Under the pieces are notes generated by a model, which ran no database searches, was not told where the DNA came from, and worked only from the letters and a program-made list of their open reading frames with translations. Shown piece by piece: positions 1-10,643 of a stretch of DNA of 64,000 nt. A program made the translations under genes and the position numbers. Every line of letters starts with the position of its first letter. The first letter of the stretch is position 1. The stretch comes from Mantamonas sphyraenae STR306 (Eukaryota > Protista > CRuMs), in NCBI GenBank assembly GCA_026936335.1, contig JAPMXV010000063.1:124001-188000 (forward strand). The letters run 5' to 3'.

Positions 1-1793
1 CACGTCGTTTGCCGCCACTCCCTGCCGTTGCATGTCCTCGTAGAAGCCCATCGCCGCCTTGACATCCTCACGCTGCGCACACGCGCTCATCAACGCCACA
101 TAAGTCGCCACCGTCGGCCTCGGCGCCGGAGCCGTGCCTCCCACCAGCGACGGAGATGATGATGATGACGACGACGATGACGATGATGACGATGACGATG
201 CGCCACGGTTGCCCTTGGTGCCGCTATTGCGTCGTCTTCGACGTCGACCTCGTGGCCGCGATGCATGCGAGCCCTGAGTCATGCGGTGATAGATCGCGGT
301 GGCGTCGCGGAGGCGCCCGTGCTTGCCGTACACGTGGATGAGTGAGTTGAGACACACCTCGTTGAGGGCAACGCCCATGCGGGTGGCTTCGTCCATGAGC
401 GCCTCGGCCTCGTTGATGTCGCCGATCTTTGCGGCGCGTGCGAGGAGCAAGCCAAAGGTGACGACGTCCTTTTGCACGCCGTGCACACGTGTCATGTCCT
501 GTGCCAAGCGCAGGGCACTGTCAAAGTCGTTGTTGAGCAGGAAGCCGTTGATCATGATGTTGAAGGAAAACTGGTTGGGCTTGAGGCCGAGCATGCGCAG
601 TTCGTCGAGCAGGGCCATGCCTTCCACCATCCGTTGCGTCTTTGCATACACGTCCAACACCGAGTTGAAACAGATGACGTCGGGTCGCACGCCTTCCACT
701 TGCATCTGTGTGTACAGATCCAGGGCCTGATCGTACTCACCCATGCGTGCGCACGTGTTGATCATCGCCGTGTACGTCCGTGTGTTGACAGATCGCCCGT
801 GGCGTGCGGTGGCACTGTGTGGCGACGTGCGCAGTTCCTCAAACAGGTCCCACGCCAGATCCAAGTCGTTGACACGTGCACACAACGAGATGAGAATGGT
901 GTAGGTGATTTCGTCCACCTCGTCCACCTTGTCCTTCATCGTGGCAAACAACGCCAACGCCTGCTTCTTTGTCTCTTTGATCCGTGCGGCCGTCTCGCCA
1001 CTGTCGCCCGTGTGCGCGTGCCGTTCCAAGTGTTTCAGGCACGCGTTGATGAGCGTCGTGTACGTAAACTGATTCGGCGTCAACTCTGCCTCCCGCATCG
1101 CCTCGTACAGTTGCATCGACCGCTTGAGGTCGCCGCGTTTGGCCAGCCCGTTGATCAACGCCGTGTAGGTGACAATGTTCGGTGTGATGCCTGCTCCCTG
1201 CAGCGTGTGCAACACCTCAAAGGCACGATTCACGTCGCCGCTCCGCACACACGCCGTGATCAGATGGTTGTATGTGGGCAGACGCACCTCCACGCCTGCC
1301 TCTTGCATGTGCGCAAACACGGAAAACGCCCGTTCCAGCTGTTTGTGTCGTCCGCACACTGCAATCAGGGCGTTGTACGCTTCCGGCGACACGTTGACCC
1401 CAGCGTTGCCTGCCTTGGCAAACAACTCAAACGCACGACTCAACTGATTGCGTTTGGTCGCTGCCACAATCAGGTTGGCGTACAACACCTCATCCTTGGT
1501 CTCCTGGGCCACGGAATCGTCGCCAGCTGCCCTTGCGTCACTCTCGTCCACCTCTATCTGCTGTATGCCAGCCTGTGCCGCCATACCACACCGCTGCACA
1601 ATGGCACCATGGATTCCATGTGCTGTGCCACTCACCTGTGCACACGTGCGACTGCCCATGGCCAGGTGCAGCGGGTGCATTTTGAGACGGATTTCCGCGG
1701 CCGTGGTCTGGCTGCGTTCTTGCCACGTGCACAGGCGGCGAGGGTGCGTGACACGTTCCACCTGCGCATGCACACGTCGCACCACCGCCACAT
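1..1793 (-). CDS. Pentatricopeptide-repeat (PPR) protein, probably mitochondrial; 3' end runs off the window; one intron near 1635
   Basis: Absent from the ORF track because the frame is open at the window edge. Manual minus-strand translation gives tandem ~35-aa PPR units, e.g. 'MQVEGVRPDVICFNSVLDVYAKTQRMVEGMALLDELRMLGLKPNQFSFNIMING' and 'PTVATYVALMSACAQREDVKAAMGFYEDMQRQGV'. Putative exon 1 (ATG at 1793, MWRWCDVCMRRWNVSRTLAACARGK...) is Arg-rich and acid-poor like a mitochondrial presequence and ends at CAG|GTGAGT. Confidence 0.88.
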
Positions 1794-1901
1794 GCACACA
1801 GGCACGGCGAAGGGTGGAGCGTTTGCGAAGGAGAATGGCTGCTGGTGGCCCGCCGGGCGCTTCCGGGCCAAATCCAACCTCCTCCCATCCAAAACGTACT
1901 C

Positions 1902-2120
1902 ATGGCTTCGGTGGAGGAACTGAAGGACGCGTTGACCGACGCCTTGCAAAGCAAAGGGGTCATGGGCGACATGAAGGCACAAATCCGCGCAGAGATTTAC
2001 AACTGCCTCAGTGACGAGGTGAGTGAACGACGATGCTGGGCAACGGATGGGTTTACATCGCACACGGCGTCACACACGCGTGCTATGGACACCCGAGAAG
2101 GATGGGTGGCACGTGCAGGG

Positions 2121-2155
<35 letters not shown>

Positions 2156-2837
2156 GCCGGTTGGCGCCAAAACGCGGGAAACGGCAACGGCGGGGCACTC
2201 ACTCACACAACGCGCGGGGACACACACGCACGTAAAGACGGAGGAGAAGCCGAGGCTGTCGAACGAGAACCTGTTGATCAACGAGCTGGTGCGTGAGTAC
2301 CTTGTGTTCAACGGATACAAGCACACGGCGTCGGTGCTGATCCCCGAGAGCGGCCAGCCCAAGGACGGCCTGGATCGCGAATTTATTGCCAGCGAGCTGA
2401 ACGTGCGGGAAACCAACAGTTCGCGAAGCGTGCCTCTCCTCTACTCCCTCGTGCACGCCTTTCGTACGGAGCAGATCGAGGCGTTCCGCGTGCGCAAAGA
2501 GAACAGCGGGGCGTCGTACAACAGCACAGCCGCCAGCCAGCAGCAGCAGCGCAGGGGCAACACCAGCACGACAAAGGCAATGCAGACGAAAGGACAGCAG
2601 ACACAAACACAGGGGAAGAACATGGAGGAGGTCGTCTACGGTGCCGTCGGGTCCATGGCGGGCTTCCGAGCGAGTGCCTACGACGACGACGACGACGACG
2701 ACGGGGCAGACTTTATGTATCAGCAAGACAACAAGGGCACCACCAACAACCACAACGAGGACACCGGGTACGACGACGACGGTGAGGAGCAAGAGGCATA
2801 CGCGGGTCAAACAGTGACGTTTTCTCATCTGAAATGA
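1902..2837 (+). CDS. CEP20: FOR20/FOPNL/CEP20-like LisH basal-body protein; in-frame intron ~2019-2237
   Basis: MASVEELKDALTDALQSKGVMGDMKAQIRAEIY...ENLLINELVREYLVFNGYKHTASVLIPESGQP matches the FOP-dimerisation/LisH family. GAG|GTGAGT donor and a (GT)n-containing intron. Confidence 0.85.
2124..2152. repeat. (GT)n microsatellite inside the CEP20 intron
   Basis: Direct dinucleotide run. Confidence 0.9.
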
Positions 2838-2862
2838 ACCACCGCACACACACACACACACC

Positions 2863-5800
2863 TTACTGGCTGTTGAGCACCTTGCGGATGACGTACTGCA
2901 GGATGCCACCATGACGGAAGTAGTCGAGTTCGATGGGGGTGTCCAGACGCAGGGTGGTGGTGAAGGAGCTGCCTGTGCTGACCTCGACGGTGACGTCCAT
3001 GCCGGGCTTCAGATCCTCGGGCAGCTTGATGGTGAACTGCTCCTCGCCCGACAGACCCAGGGAATCGGCGTCCTCGCCGTCCTTGTACTGCAGGGGCAGG
3101 ATGCCCATGCCGGCAAGGTTGGAGCGGTGGATGCGCTCGTAGGAGACGGCAATGACGGCCTTGACACCCTGCAGGTAGGGACCCTTGGCAGCCCAGTCTC
3201 GCGAGGAGCCCGAGCCGTACATGGCACCACCCAGCACGACGAGGGGTGCGTTCTGCTCCTCCTTGTAGCGCATGGCGGCGTCAAACACGTCCATGACGTC
3301 GCCCGACGGGATGTGCAGGGTCTTGGGTGCGGCCTTGCCGATAAACTTGTTCAGCAGGCGCACGTTGGCAAAGGTACCGCGTGCCATCACCTCGTCGTTG
3401 CCACGGCGGGAACCGTAGCTGTTGAAGTTCTTGCGCTCGATGCCACGCTCCTCCAGGTAGCGTGCGGCGGGCGAGTTCTTGGCAATGGCGCCGGCCGGGG
3501 AGATGTGGTCCGTGGTGATGGAGTCGCCCAGGTTGAGCAGGGCGTACGCGTTCTCGATGGTGTACTCGGGCGTCAGCTCCATTTCCATGGTTTGGAAAAA
3601 AGGGCGGGTTGTGGATGTACGTGGAGTCGTCCTGCCAGTCGTACGTGAGTCCGCTGCCAGCCTCCAGGGCGTTCCACTGCTCCGTGCCCTCTGTCACGCG
3701 CTTGTACACCTTGCGGAACATGTCCGGCACGACCACGGAGCCCACCAGCTCGTTGATCTCCTCCTTCGAGGGCCAGATGTCGGTGAGGAACACGTCGTTG
3801 CCCTCGCCGTCCTTGCCCAGCGGCGTGCTGTCAAAGTCAAACTTGGTGCTGCCTGCAAGGGCATAGGCAACCACCAGGGGCGGCGACGCCAGGTAGTTGG
3901 CCTGCACGTACTGGTGGATGCGGCCCTCAAAGTTGCGGTTGCCCGAGAGGACACCCGACACAATCAGGTCGCCTTCGGTGATGGCCTCCTCCACCTCCTT
4001 GGGCAGGGCACCCGAGTTGCCAATGCACGTGGTGCAGCCGTAGCCCACGGTGGCAAAGCCAATCTGGTCCAGGTACGTCTGCAGGCCGGCGTCCTCCAGG
4101 TACGAGGTGACCACACCCGAGCCCGGGGCCAGCGAGGTCTTGATGTACGGTGCCACCGAGAGACCCTTGGCCACGGCGTTGCGTGCCAGCAGACCGGCAG
4201 CCAGCATGACGGACGGGTTGCTGGTGTTGGTGCAGCTGGTGATGGCGGCGATGCACACGTCGCCGTGCGTCAGAGCGTACTCCGTGCCCTTGTACGTGAA
4301 CGGCACCGACTTCTTCTGCGCCTCGGCATCCACGTTGAAGCCCTTGAAGCCCACGGGGTTGTCCAGGCAGGCCTGAAAGTCGGTGGGCATGTCCTTGAGC
4401 GTCACGCGGTCGTGCGGGCGCTTGGGTCCGGCCAGCGAGGGCACCACGTCGCCCAGGTCCAGCTCCAGGGTGGTCGAGTACGTGGGCTCCGGTGCCTCGG
4501 TGCCAAAGAACATGCGCTGCGCACGGTGGTACTCCTCCACGTAGGCGCAGGTCTGCTCGTCGCGGCCGGTCTGACGCAGGTACTCCACGGTGACGCCGTC
4601 CACGGGGAAGAAGCCCATGGTGGCACCGTACTCCGGGGCCATGTTGGCAATGGTGGCACGGTCGGCCAGGGTCAGCTGGCTCAGGCCCTCGCCGTAGAAC
4701 TCGACAAACTTGCCCACCACGCCCAGTTGACGCAGCATGTCCACCACAGTCAGCACAAGGTCCGTGGCCGTGGCACGCGGGTCCAGCTTGCCCGTGAACT
4801 TGAAGCCCACCACCTCGGGGATGAGCATGGTGACGGCCTGGCCCAGCATGACGCTCTCGGCCTCGATGCCACCCACACCCCAGCCAAAGACACCCAGACC
4901 GTTGATCATGGTCGTGTGCGAATCGGTGCCCACCAACGAATCCGGGTACAGCAGACCGTCCTTGTTGAACACGGAACGGGCCAGGAATTCCAGGTTGACC
5001 TGGTGCACAATGCCCGAGCCGGGCGGGACGATGGTCAGGCCGTCAAACGCCTGGGCACCCCACTTGAGGAACTGGAAGCGCTCTCGGTTGCGGTTGAACT
5101 CCATGTCCTGGTTCTTGCGCACAGCGTCCTCGTCGGCGAAAAAGTCGACCTGAACGGAGTGGTCGATGACGAGATCGACGGGCACGGCCGGGTTGATGCT
5201 CTTGGCCTCGCCGCCCAGACGGACAACGGCGTCACGCATGGCGGCAATGTCCACGACGGCAGGCACACCTGTGAAATCCTGCAGGATCACACGGCTGGGC
5301 ACAACCGAGATGTCCTTGTTCTCCGTCGAGGTCTTGCTCCAGTTGAGCAGGTCCTCCAGGTTGGCCTCGGTGATGTTGACCCCGTCCGCGTTGCGCAGCA
5401 CGTTCTCCACCATCACACGCACGCAGTACGGCAGCGCGTCTGTATGCGTGCACGGCATGCGTACACAGGGCACATGATCCAGGCGTGGGACACACGTGTG
5501 AGTGTGTGCAGACTCGCATGCGTGCGTACGCGGCGTTGGCAAGGGCGTTTTTTCCGCTGCAAGCGCCGCGGAGAAATCGTCTTCGGAGGGAAAATCCAGG
5601 AGCAACGGAACGCACGCGCCTGCACGGCAGCACGACATGCAGTGCAGTCCCGAGGGGCATGGGAATATGGACACGTACCGTAGCGCTCGTCCGACGGCAC
5701 CTGGTAGTACTTGTAGGTCTCGTCGTTGACCTTGAGCTCGGTCAGAGTGGATTCAAACGGGTTGGCAGTCGCTGTGTGCGCAAACGAGGGTGTGCCGGAA

Positions 5801-5894
5801 GGGTGTGAGCGCACATACGGGCGGCCATGGTTGGGGCACAGGAGGTGGAACGCCATGGGAAATTTGGAACAATGGCTGTGGATGACTTACACAT
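2863..5894 (-). CDS. ACO1: Cytosolic aconitate hydratase / IRP1 (AcnA-type); exons ~5894-5891, ~5771-5679, 5439-2863; apparent 1-nt insertion at 3596-3601
   Basis: Motifs [98 protein letters not shown]. Spliced N-terminus [11 protein letters not shown]... has no presequence. ORFs 3281..5674 and 2863..3588 join if one T is removed from the T6 run. Confidence 0.95.
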
Positions 5895-6046
5895 TTGAGT
5901 GTGCTGAGGTTTGAGGTGGTTGCGACGGCGTGGTGCGGGTGTGTGGGGTGTGTGGGGTGTGTGGGTGGGACAATGTGAAACACGGTTGGGGTCCATTGCC
6001 AATTGTCGTTCGTTGCCCCGTTTGCTTCCCTCTCTCTTCTCACGGG

Positions 6047-7258
6047 TCACACTTGCGACGTGGTGGTGTTTCCGCCGGCGAGGAAGAGGTAGAGGGTGAT
6101 CATGAGGCTGATGCTCTGCGTGGTCAGACGTGGGGTGATGGCGATGACACCTCCGATCTTGAGAAAGGTGATGCGGTTGGCAATGGCCAAAATCAGGCGC
6201 TGGATGGCCTCGTTGCTGGTGCTGGACACAGGCGACAGATGTGCAGCGAGCTCGTGTCCCAAATCGGAGCTGTATGCGTGCAAGCGTGCACCCAATCCCA
6301 TGAGGATGGAAAACACGACGAGGTAGCTTATGAGAAAGGCAAACACGTGTGGCAGCCAGGCCAAGGAGAGCTGCTGGATCATCAACACCATGAGCAGGGC
6401 ACTGCCGCCAATCAAGGCTGTCAACATGGCGCCAAACACGCTGTTGGCCGTGCGCAGATCGCAGCACGCACGTCGGTGCAGGATGTCCAGGTGTTCCACA
6501 TCCACAGCTGTGAGGGAACCGTGCTCAATGTTGCGCAGCTCGCGCAACACCGCTGCCAGACGCTTGTTGGCAATGATGCCAAAGAGAAAGAGACCCATGA
6601 TGGGCGTGACCATGGATTCGATCAAGTAGCAGCGGAAAAAGGCCTCCAAGACAATCAGGGGCGAGGTTCGAGGTCCCAAGTAGGCGAAAAGCAGCTCGTA
6701 GGACTTTTGCATGTCTGTGTCCAGGTTGCCATCCACAAAGTTGGAGAACAACACAGCACAGAACGCAACGTTGGCACCAATGAACACGGTGGCGGAGTAG
6801 AAGAGGAAACGAAGCTTGTCGTGTGCCTTGGGATGATCCTTGACAATGTCCCACACGCGATCCCACCACTGTTTGGGAGCAAGCCAGAACATGCTGATGG
6901 TGATCACCGTGGCTTGGATGTCAAAGAGGAAGAGGATGAGGCCCTGCGAGAAATCAAACGTCTTGGTCTTGGGCGAAAGCACAGCCACAGCCTCAAAGAT
7001 AATGCGCAAGACGTGCAGCAGGTGAATAATTATGGCGTAGATCATAATGCTGGGGTGTGAGCATCGTTGGACCGCAAAGGCGTAGAGAACGCCGTTGGTG
7101 ATTCTGTGTTCCAGTGAGTGGGTTGCCTTTGCCTCCGCGCTCCCGAGCGGGGGCCCAGTCTCCTTGGCAGCGGCCACCAGCTCCACGAGACTGCCGTTGC
7201 GTGCAGGCAGCAAGTCAGCGTCACTTTGGTCGTGGACCTGACTCTTTCCCTGATTCAT
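6047..7258 (-). CDS. Multi-pass membrane protein, gustatory-receptor-like (7TMIC/GRL) candidate 1
   Basis: About 7 hydrophobic segments and a long helical loop (RELRNIEH...HRRACCDLRTANSVFG). The C-terminus 'ITFLKIGGVIAITPRLTTQSISLMITLYLFL' resembles the GR/OR TM7 region (F..G.f.i...l..si...TY.iil.Q). Start uncertain (7258 or 7294). Confidence 0.6.
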   Translation of the reverse strand: MNQGKSQVHDQSDADLLPARNGSLVELVAAAKETGPPLGSAEAKATHSLEHRITNGVLYAFAVQRCSHPSIMIYAIIIHLLHVLRIIFEAVAVLSPKTKTFDFSQGLILFLFDIQATVITISMFWLAPKQWWDRVWDIVKDHPKAHDKLRFLFYSATVFIGANVAFCAVLFSNFVDGNLDTDMQKSYELLFAYLGPRTSPLIVLEAFFRCYLIESMVTPIMGLFLFGIIANKRLAAVLRELRNIEHGSLTAVDVEHLDILHRRACCDLRTANSVFGAMLTALIGGSALLMVLMIQQLSLAWLPHVFAFLISYLVVFSILMGLGARLHAYSSDLGHELAAHLSPVSSTSNEAIQRLILAIANRITFLKIGGVIAITPRLTTQSISLMITLYLFLAGGNTTTSQV

Positions 7259-7342
7259 GGGGGGTTTTGGGTTTGGACCACCGGCGCTGCGCATCAGGTG
7301 AGTGTGCAGGGTGAGGAGGGAGGGAGGGTTGGGGTGACGATG

Positions 7343-7344
<2 letters not shown>

Positions 7345-7388
<44 letters not shown>
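7345..7388. repeat. (CA)n microsatellite in the divergent GRL1/MYG1 intergenic region
   Basis: Direct run of about 22 CA units. Confidence 0.9.
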
Positions 7389-7390
<2 letters not shown>

Positions 7391-7464
7391 GGGGAGAGAA
7401 TCGCACAGGGGCGCCCGGAAGACCACGCTAAAAGCCCCATTAACCCACCCACACAGCACAAAGG

Positions 7465-8488
7465 ATGTCTGTGAGCGATTCTGGAAAGCGCAAGATCACG
7501 CGCATTGGCACACACAATGGCAAGTTCCACTGTGACGAGGCACTGGCGTGCTACATGCTGAAGACCCTGGACGAGTTTGCGGATGCGGAAATCACGCGCA
7601 CGCGGGACAGCAAGGTGCTCAACGACATGGATGTGGTGGTGGACGTGGGTGGCGAGTACGACGCAGAGGCAGGACGGTTCGACCACCACCAGCGCGGCTT
7701 CACAGACACGCTGGTGACGGATCGAAAGACATACAACACGAAGCTGTCGTCGGCAGGGCTGATCTACAAGCACTACGGCCACCAGGTGATCAGCAAGTTG
7801 ACGGGCTGCACGGACGAGGAGACTGTGGATGAGCTGTTCCACCGCGTGTACGAATCGTTTGTGGAGGCGCTGGACGGCATCGACAACGGGATCTCGCAAT
7901 ACCCGGCGGACCTGGAGCCGGCGTACAAGTCGAGCACGGACCTTCCCTCGCGCGTGGGACGCCTCAACCCTAGCTGGAACCAGGAGGATTTGGATGAGGA
8001 TGTGCTGTTCAAGCAGGCCATGCAGTTGGCCGGTGGGGAGTTTGCCCAGTGTGTGCAGGAGTTTTACACCTCCTGGCTGCCTGCACGCAACATTGTGGCC
8101 GAATCGTTGGACGCCAGCAGCGAGTATGCAGCCGACAACGAGATTCTTGTGCTGCAGCGCATGTGCCCGTGGAAGGAGCATCTGGTGGATCTGGAAGCCA
8201 AGCGAGACATTAACGTCAAGTATGTGCTGTTCCCCTGACCGTTCCAAGGGCTACCGCATCCAGGCTGTGCCCATTCGACCCGATTCGTTTGAACTGCGTC
8301 TGGGTTTGCCCGAACCATGGCGTGGAATGCGCGACGAGAAGCTGGACGAGGTCACAGGTGTGCCCGGCGGCGTCTTTGTTCACATCAACGGATTCATTGG
8401 CGGCCACAGCACCTTTGAGGGTGCCCTTGAGCTTGCTCAAAAGGCCCTGGCATTCTACAAGGAGAAAGAGATGACGTTGGAGTCGTGA
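7465..8488 (+). CDS. MYG1: MYG1 family exonuclease, interrupted by a +1 frameshift at TTC-CCC-TGA (8230-8238)
   Basis: IGTHNGKFHCDEALAC, VVDVGGEYD...FDHHQRGF, KLSSAGLIYKHYG, IDNGI. The C-terminal 'PDRSKGYRIQAVP...RLGLPEPWRGMRD...FVHINGFIGG' lies in the +1 frame (ORF 7829..8488). Confidence 0.92.
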
Positions 8489-8617
8489 ATGCAGTCGATT
8501 TGTCTTTTTGGGGTCAGGTCGAGACACACGGAATGTGATCGATGATGGTCATCACCCGTGTGTCCCTCCGGTTTTTGATTTATTTGTGGGGGTTGTTGTT
8601 GTGTTTTGTGTGGCAAC

Positions 8618-10399
8618 TCACCTGCCAGGCGACATGAGAGGCTCCATGCCGACGCGTTCCTCATCGTCGTCCTCGAGGCGATGAAACTCGTCGCTGAGTC
8701 GCTCGGGCTCGATGTCTTGGCCAAACTCGGCGTACATGAGGTCCATGCGGTTTGTCTCACCCTCGTAATGGGGCATGACGATGTAAACAAAGAACGGGTA
8801 GAGGATGGCACAGCCAACGAGGGCGGCGCTGCCGATGAGGATGGTGAACTGGGATGAGATGGAAATGAGGGTGATGCAAAGGATGATGGGTGGGATGGCG
8901 ACCATAAAGGCGCCTGTGAGGCCGCCCGGAACGAGAAAGGGACGTTCCATGTCCGGGTGACTGATGCGCAGGTAGACAAACGCGAGAAACTCGATGATGA
9001 GGGAGAAGAGCGAGGTGAACACGTCGAGTTGCACGAGGGCGTCAAAGTCGGGCAGGAGCAGACAGACAATGACCGAGATGGAAATGATGAGGAGAGAGAC
9101 CCACGGGGTGGCCCAGGTCTTGTGCAGAATGGAGACGACGGGAGGGAGCATGCGGAGGTCGCCCAGGCAGGCGAACGCACGTGCCACCACGGGCAAGGTG
9201 ACGTTGAACATGCCCACACTGGCACACATGCCTGCAATGGACAGCCAGACTTGAAGCCAGCGAGCCTGGGGGCCGCCGAGCTTGATGGAGAGCAGCCGGG
9301 CAATGGTCAGGAAGTAGCCATCGTCCCAGTCGGCGTAGTTTGTGTCGACACAGACAGCGACCATGACGGGCAGGACGTAGGAGAGGGACACGGCCCCCAG
9401 ACCCATGATCATGCCGCGAGGGTAGGTTTGCTTGGGATCTTCGACCTCACCGGCGACACAACCCAACGAATCCGCACCGCTGAGGTTCCACAGGAGTGTG
9501 GAGAGGAGCAGGGCCCAGTCGGCACGGTATCCCTTGGGCAGGGGTGAAATCCACACCGCGGGACGGATTTCGGTCACGCCAGCCACGAAAAACACAAAGA
9601 AGGGCAGCAGGACCATGACGGCGAGGATAATGGCCCCGGAACCGACGAGCTCGAGACCACGCACATTGACCATGGTGAGAATGGCTACAAAGGTGATGAG
9701 GACGGTCCACTCGACGACGGGAGGGAGCTTTCCGAGAAGAGGTTCGCCATAGGAAAGAAAGAGCAGTGGGTAGAGGGCGAGGTCAAAGATACCGGCGAGG
9801 AAGGAGGAGCAGGCGGTGAGCCAGGCCCAAAAGTTGCCGAATGCACTGTGACGGGTGGGCGTGGGCAGTGGGAGACGTGTGTGAGACGTGCGAAACGGAC
9901 GGTGGGCAGTCTGCACAATGCAAGGTTGGTCCATGTGCGTGCTGGGACACAGGAAGGACGCAGACACGCCGTAAAGGGTGCACACAGGTGGTACGGATGA
10001 CAGAAAACCACGCAGACAGGTTTTTACGACGGCAGGGCTCGCATGTGGACAATAAAGGGAGTTCACCGGAAGTTGACGGGAAAAAGGGCATCTTCTCGGC
10101 GCGGGGAGTAAAAATGATGCACACACAACGTACCGCTGGCTCCAGCCGACGTATCCGGCATTCCCCGGCATAGCGGTGGACAGTTCTGCTGTCATGAGAG
10201 CCATGGGCATGCTCCAAATCCAGGGGATGATGAGAATGCCGAGCAGGGTCCAAGCAGCGCCGCCGCCTTTGATGGCGGGTTCGAGGCCGTACGCTCCGCC
10301 GGCAATGGTGAAAAAGACAATTGCCGCAAAGCGGTACTGGCCGATGGTGCGCTCAGGCTTGGTGTATGGGAGCGTGGTTGATTGGTGTTCGGTGTCCAT
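8618..10399 (-). CDS. APC-superfamily amino acid/polyamine transporter (PUT/LAT-like); intron ~10133-9846
   Basis: 'FFTIAGGAYGLEPAI', 'PMALMTAELSTAMPGNAGYVGW', 'LWNLSGADSLGCVAGEVEDPKQTYPR', 'LRISHPDMERPFLVPGG'; about 12 TM segments. Confidence 0.88.
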   Translation of the reverse strand: MDTEHQSTTLPYTKPERTIGQYRFAAIVFFTIAGGAYGLEPAIKGGGAAWTLLGILIIPWIWSMPMALMTAELSTAMPGNAGYVGWSQRYVVCASFLLPAPRRCPFSRQLPVNSLYCPHASPAVVKTCLRGFLSSVPPVCTLYGVSASFLCPSTHMDQPCIVQTAHRPFRTSHTRLPLPTPTRHSAFGNFWAWLTACSSFLAGIFDLALYPLLFLSYGEPLLGKLPPVVEWTVLITFVAILTMVNVRGLELVGSGAIILAVMVLLPFFVFFVAGVTEIRPAVWISPLPKGYRADWALLLSTLLWNLSGADSLGCVAGEVEDPKQTYPRGMIMGLGAVSLSYVLPVMVAVCVDTNYADWDDGYFLTIARLLSIKLGGPQARWLQVWLSIAGMCASVGMFNVTLPVVARAFACLGDLRMLPPVVSILHKTWATPWVSLLIISISVIVCLLLPDFDALVQLDVFTSLFSLIIEFLAFVYLRISHPDMERPFLVPGGLTGAFMVAIPPIILCITLISISSQFTILIGSAALVGCAILYPFFVYIVMPHYEGETNRMDLMYAEFGQDIEPERLSDEFHRLEDDDEERVGMEPLMSPGR

Positions 10400-10643
10400 G
10401 GTGGTGGGGAGGTGGCTAGGCGACAGGGAAGTTGCAGGGGGGTTGATTCTCTGGGCGAGGGAAGCAGCACCAGTGGACACGAGTGACGAAACAGATGGGG
10501 GTACGAACGAGCGCGGAGCCGGTATGTGGCTGAATGAGTGGCTGTCCGGGACGGGAAGGCGGGTGTTTGTTTGCGTCGAGTGTTTGTGTGGCGGACGTGA
10601 CGCCTGCGACGGGAGTGGCAGCCAAAAGAACCAACCCCACACG

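Noticed and set aside
156-200. (GAT/GAC)n and similar trinucleotide tracts (also ~23795-23825, 35045-35095, 41455-41590, 61195-61255)
   Set aside because: They encode ordinary poly-Ser linkers or the His-rich CDF loop within genes, not independent elements.
472-1923. 483-aa plus-strand ORF and similar long ORFs (3479..5683 +, 11315..13207 -, 35271..37700 +, 48083..49465 -)
   Set aside because: They are exact antisense shadows of real genes (PPR, aconitase, PDI, USP, NDR), caused by GC3-rich codon usage; their H/V/L/Q-rich translations show no recognisable motifs.
8236-8238. In-frame TGA as selenocysteine or stop-codon reassignment
   Set aside because: Homology continues in a different frame, not through the stop, and TGA, TAA and TAG all serve as normal stops elsewhere in the window.
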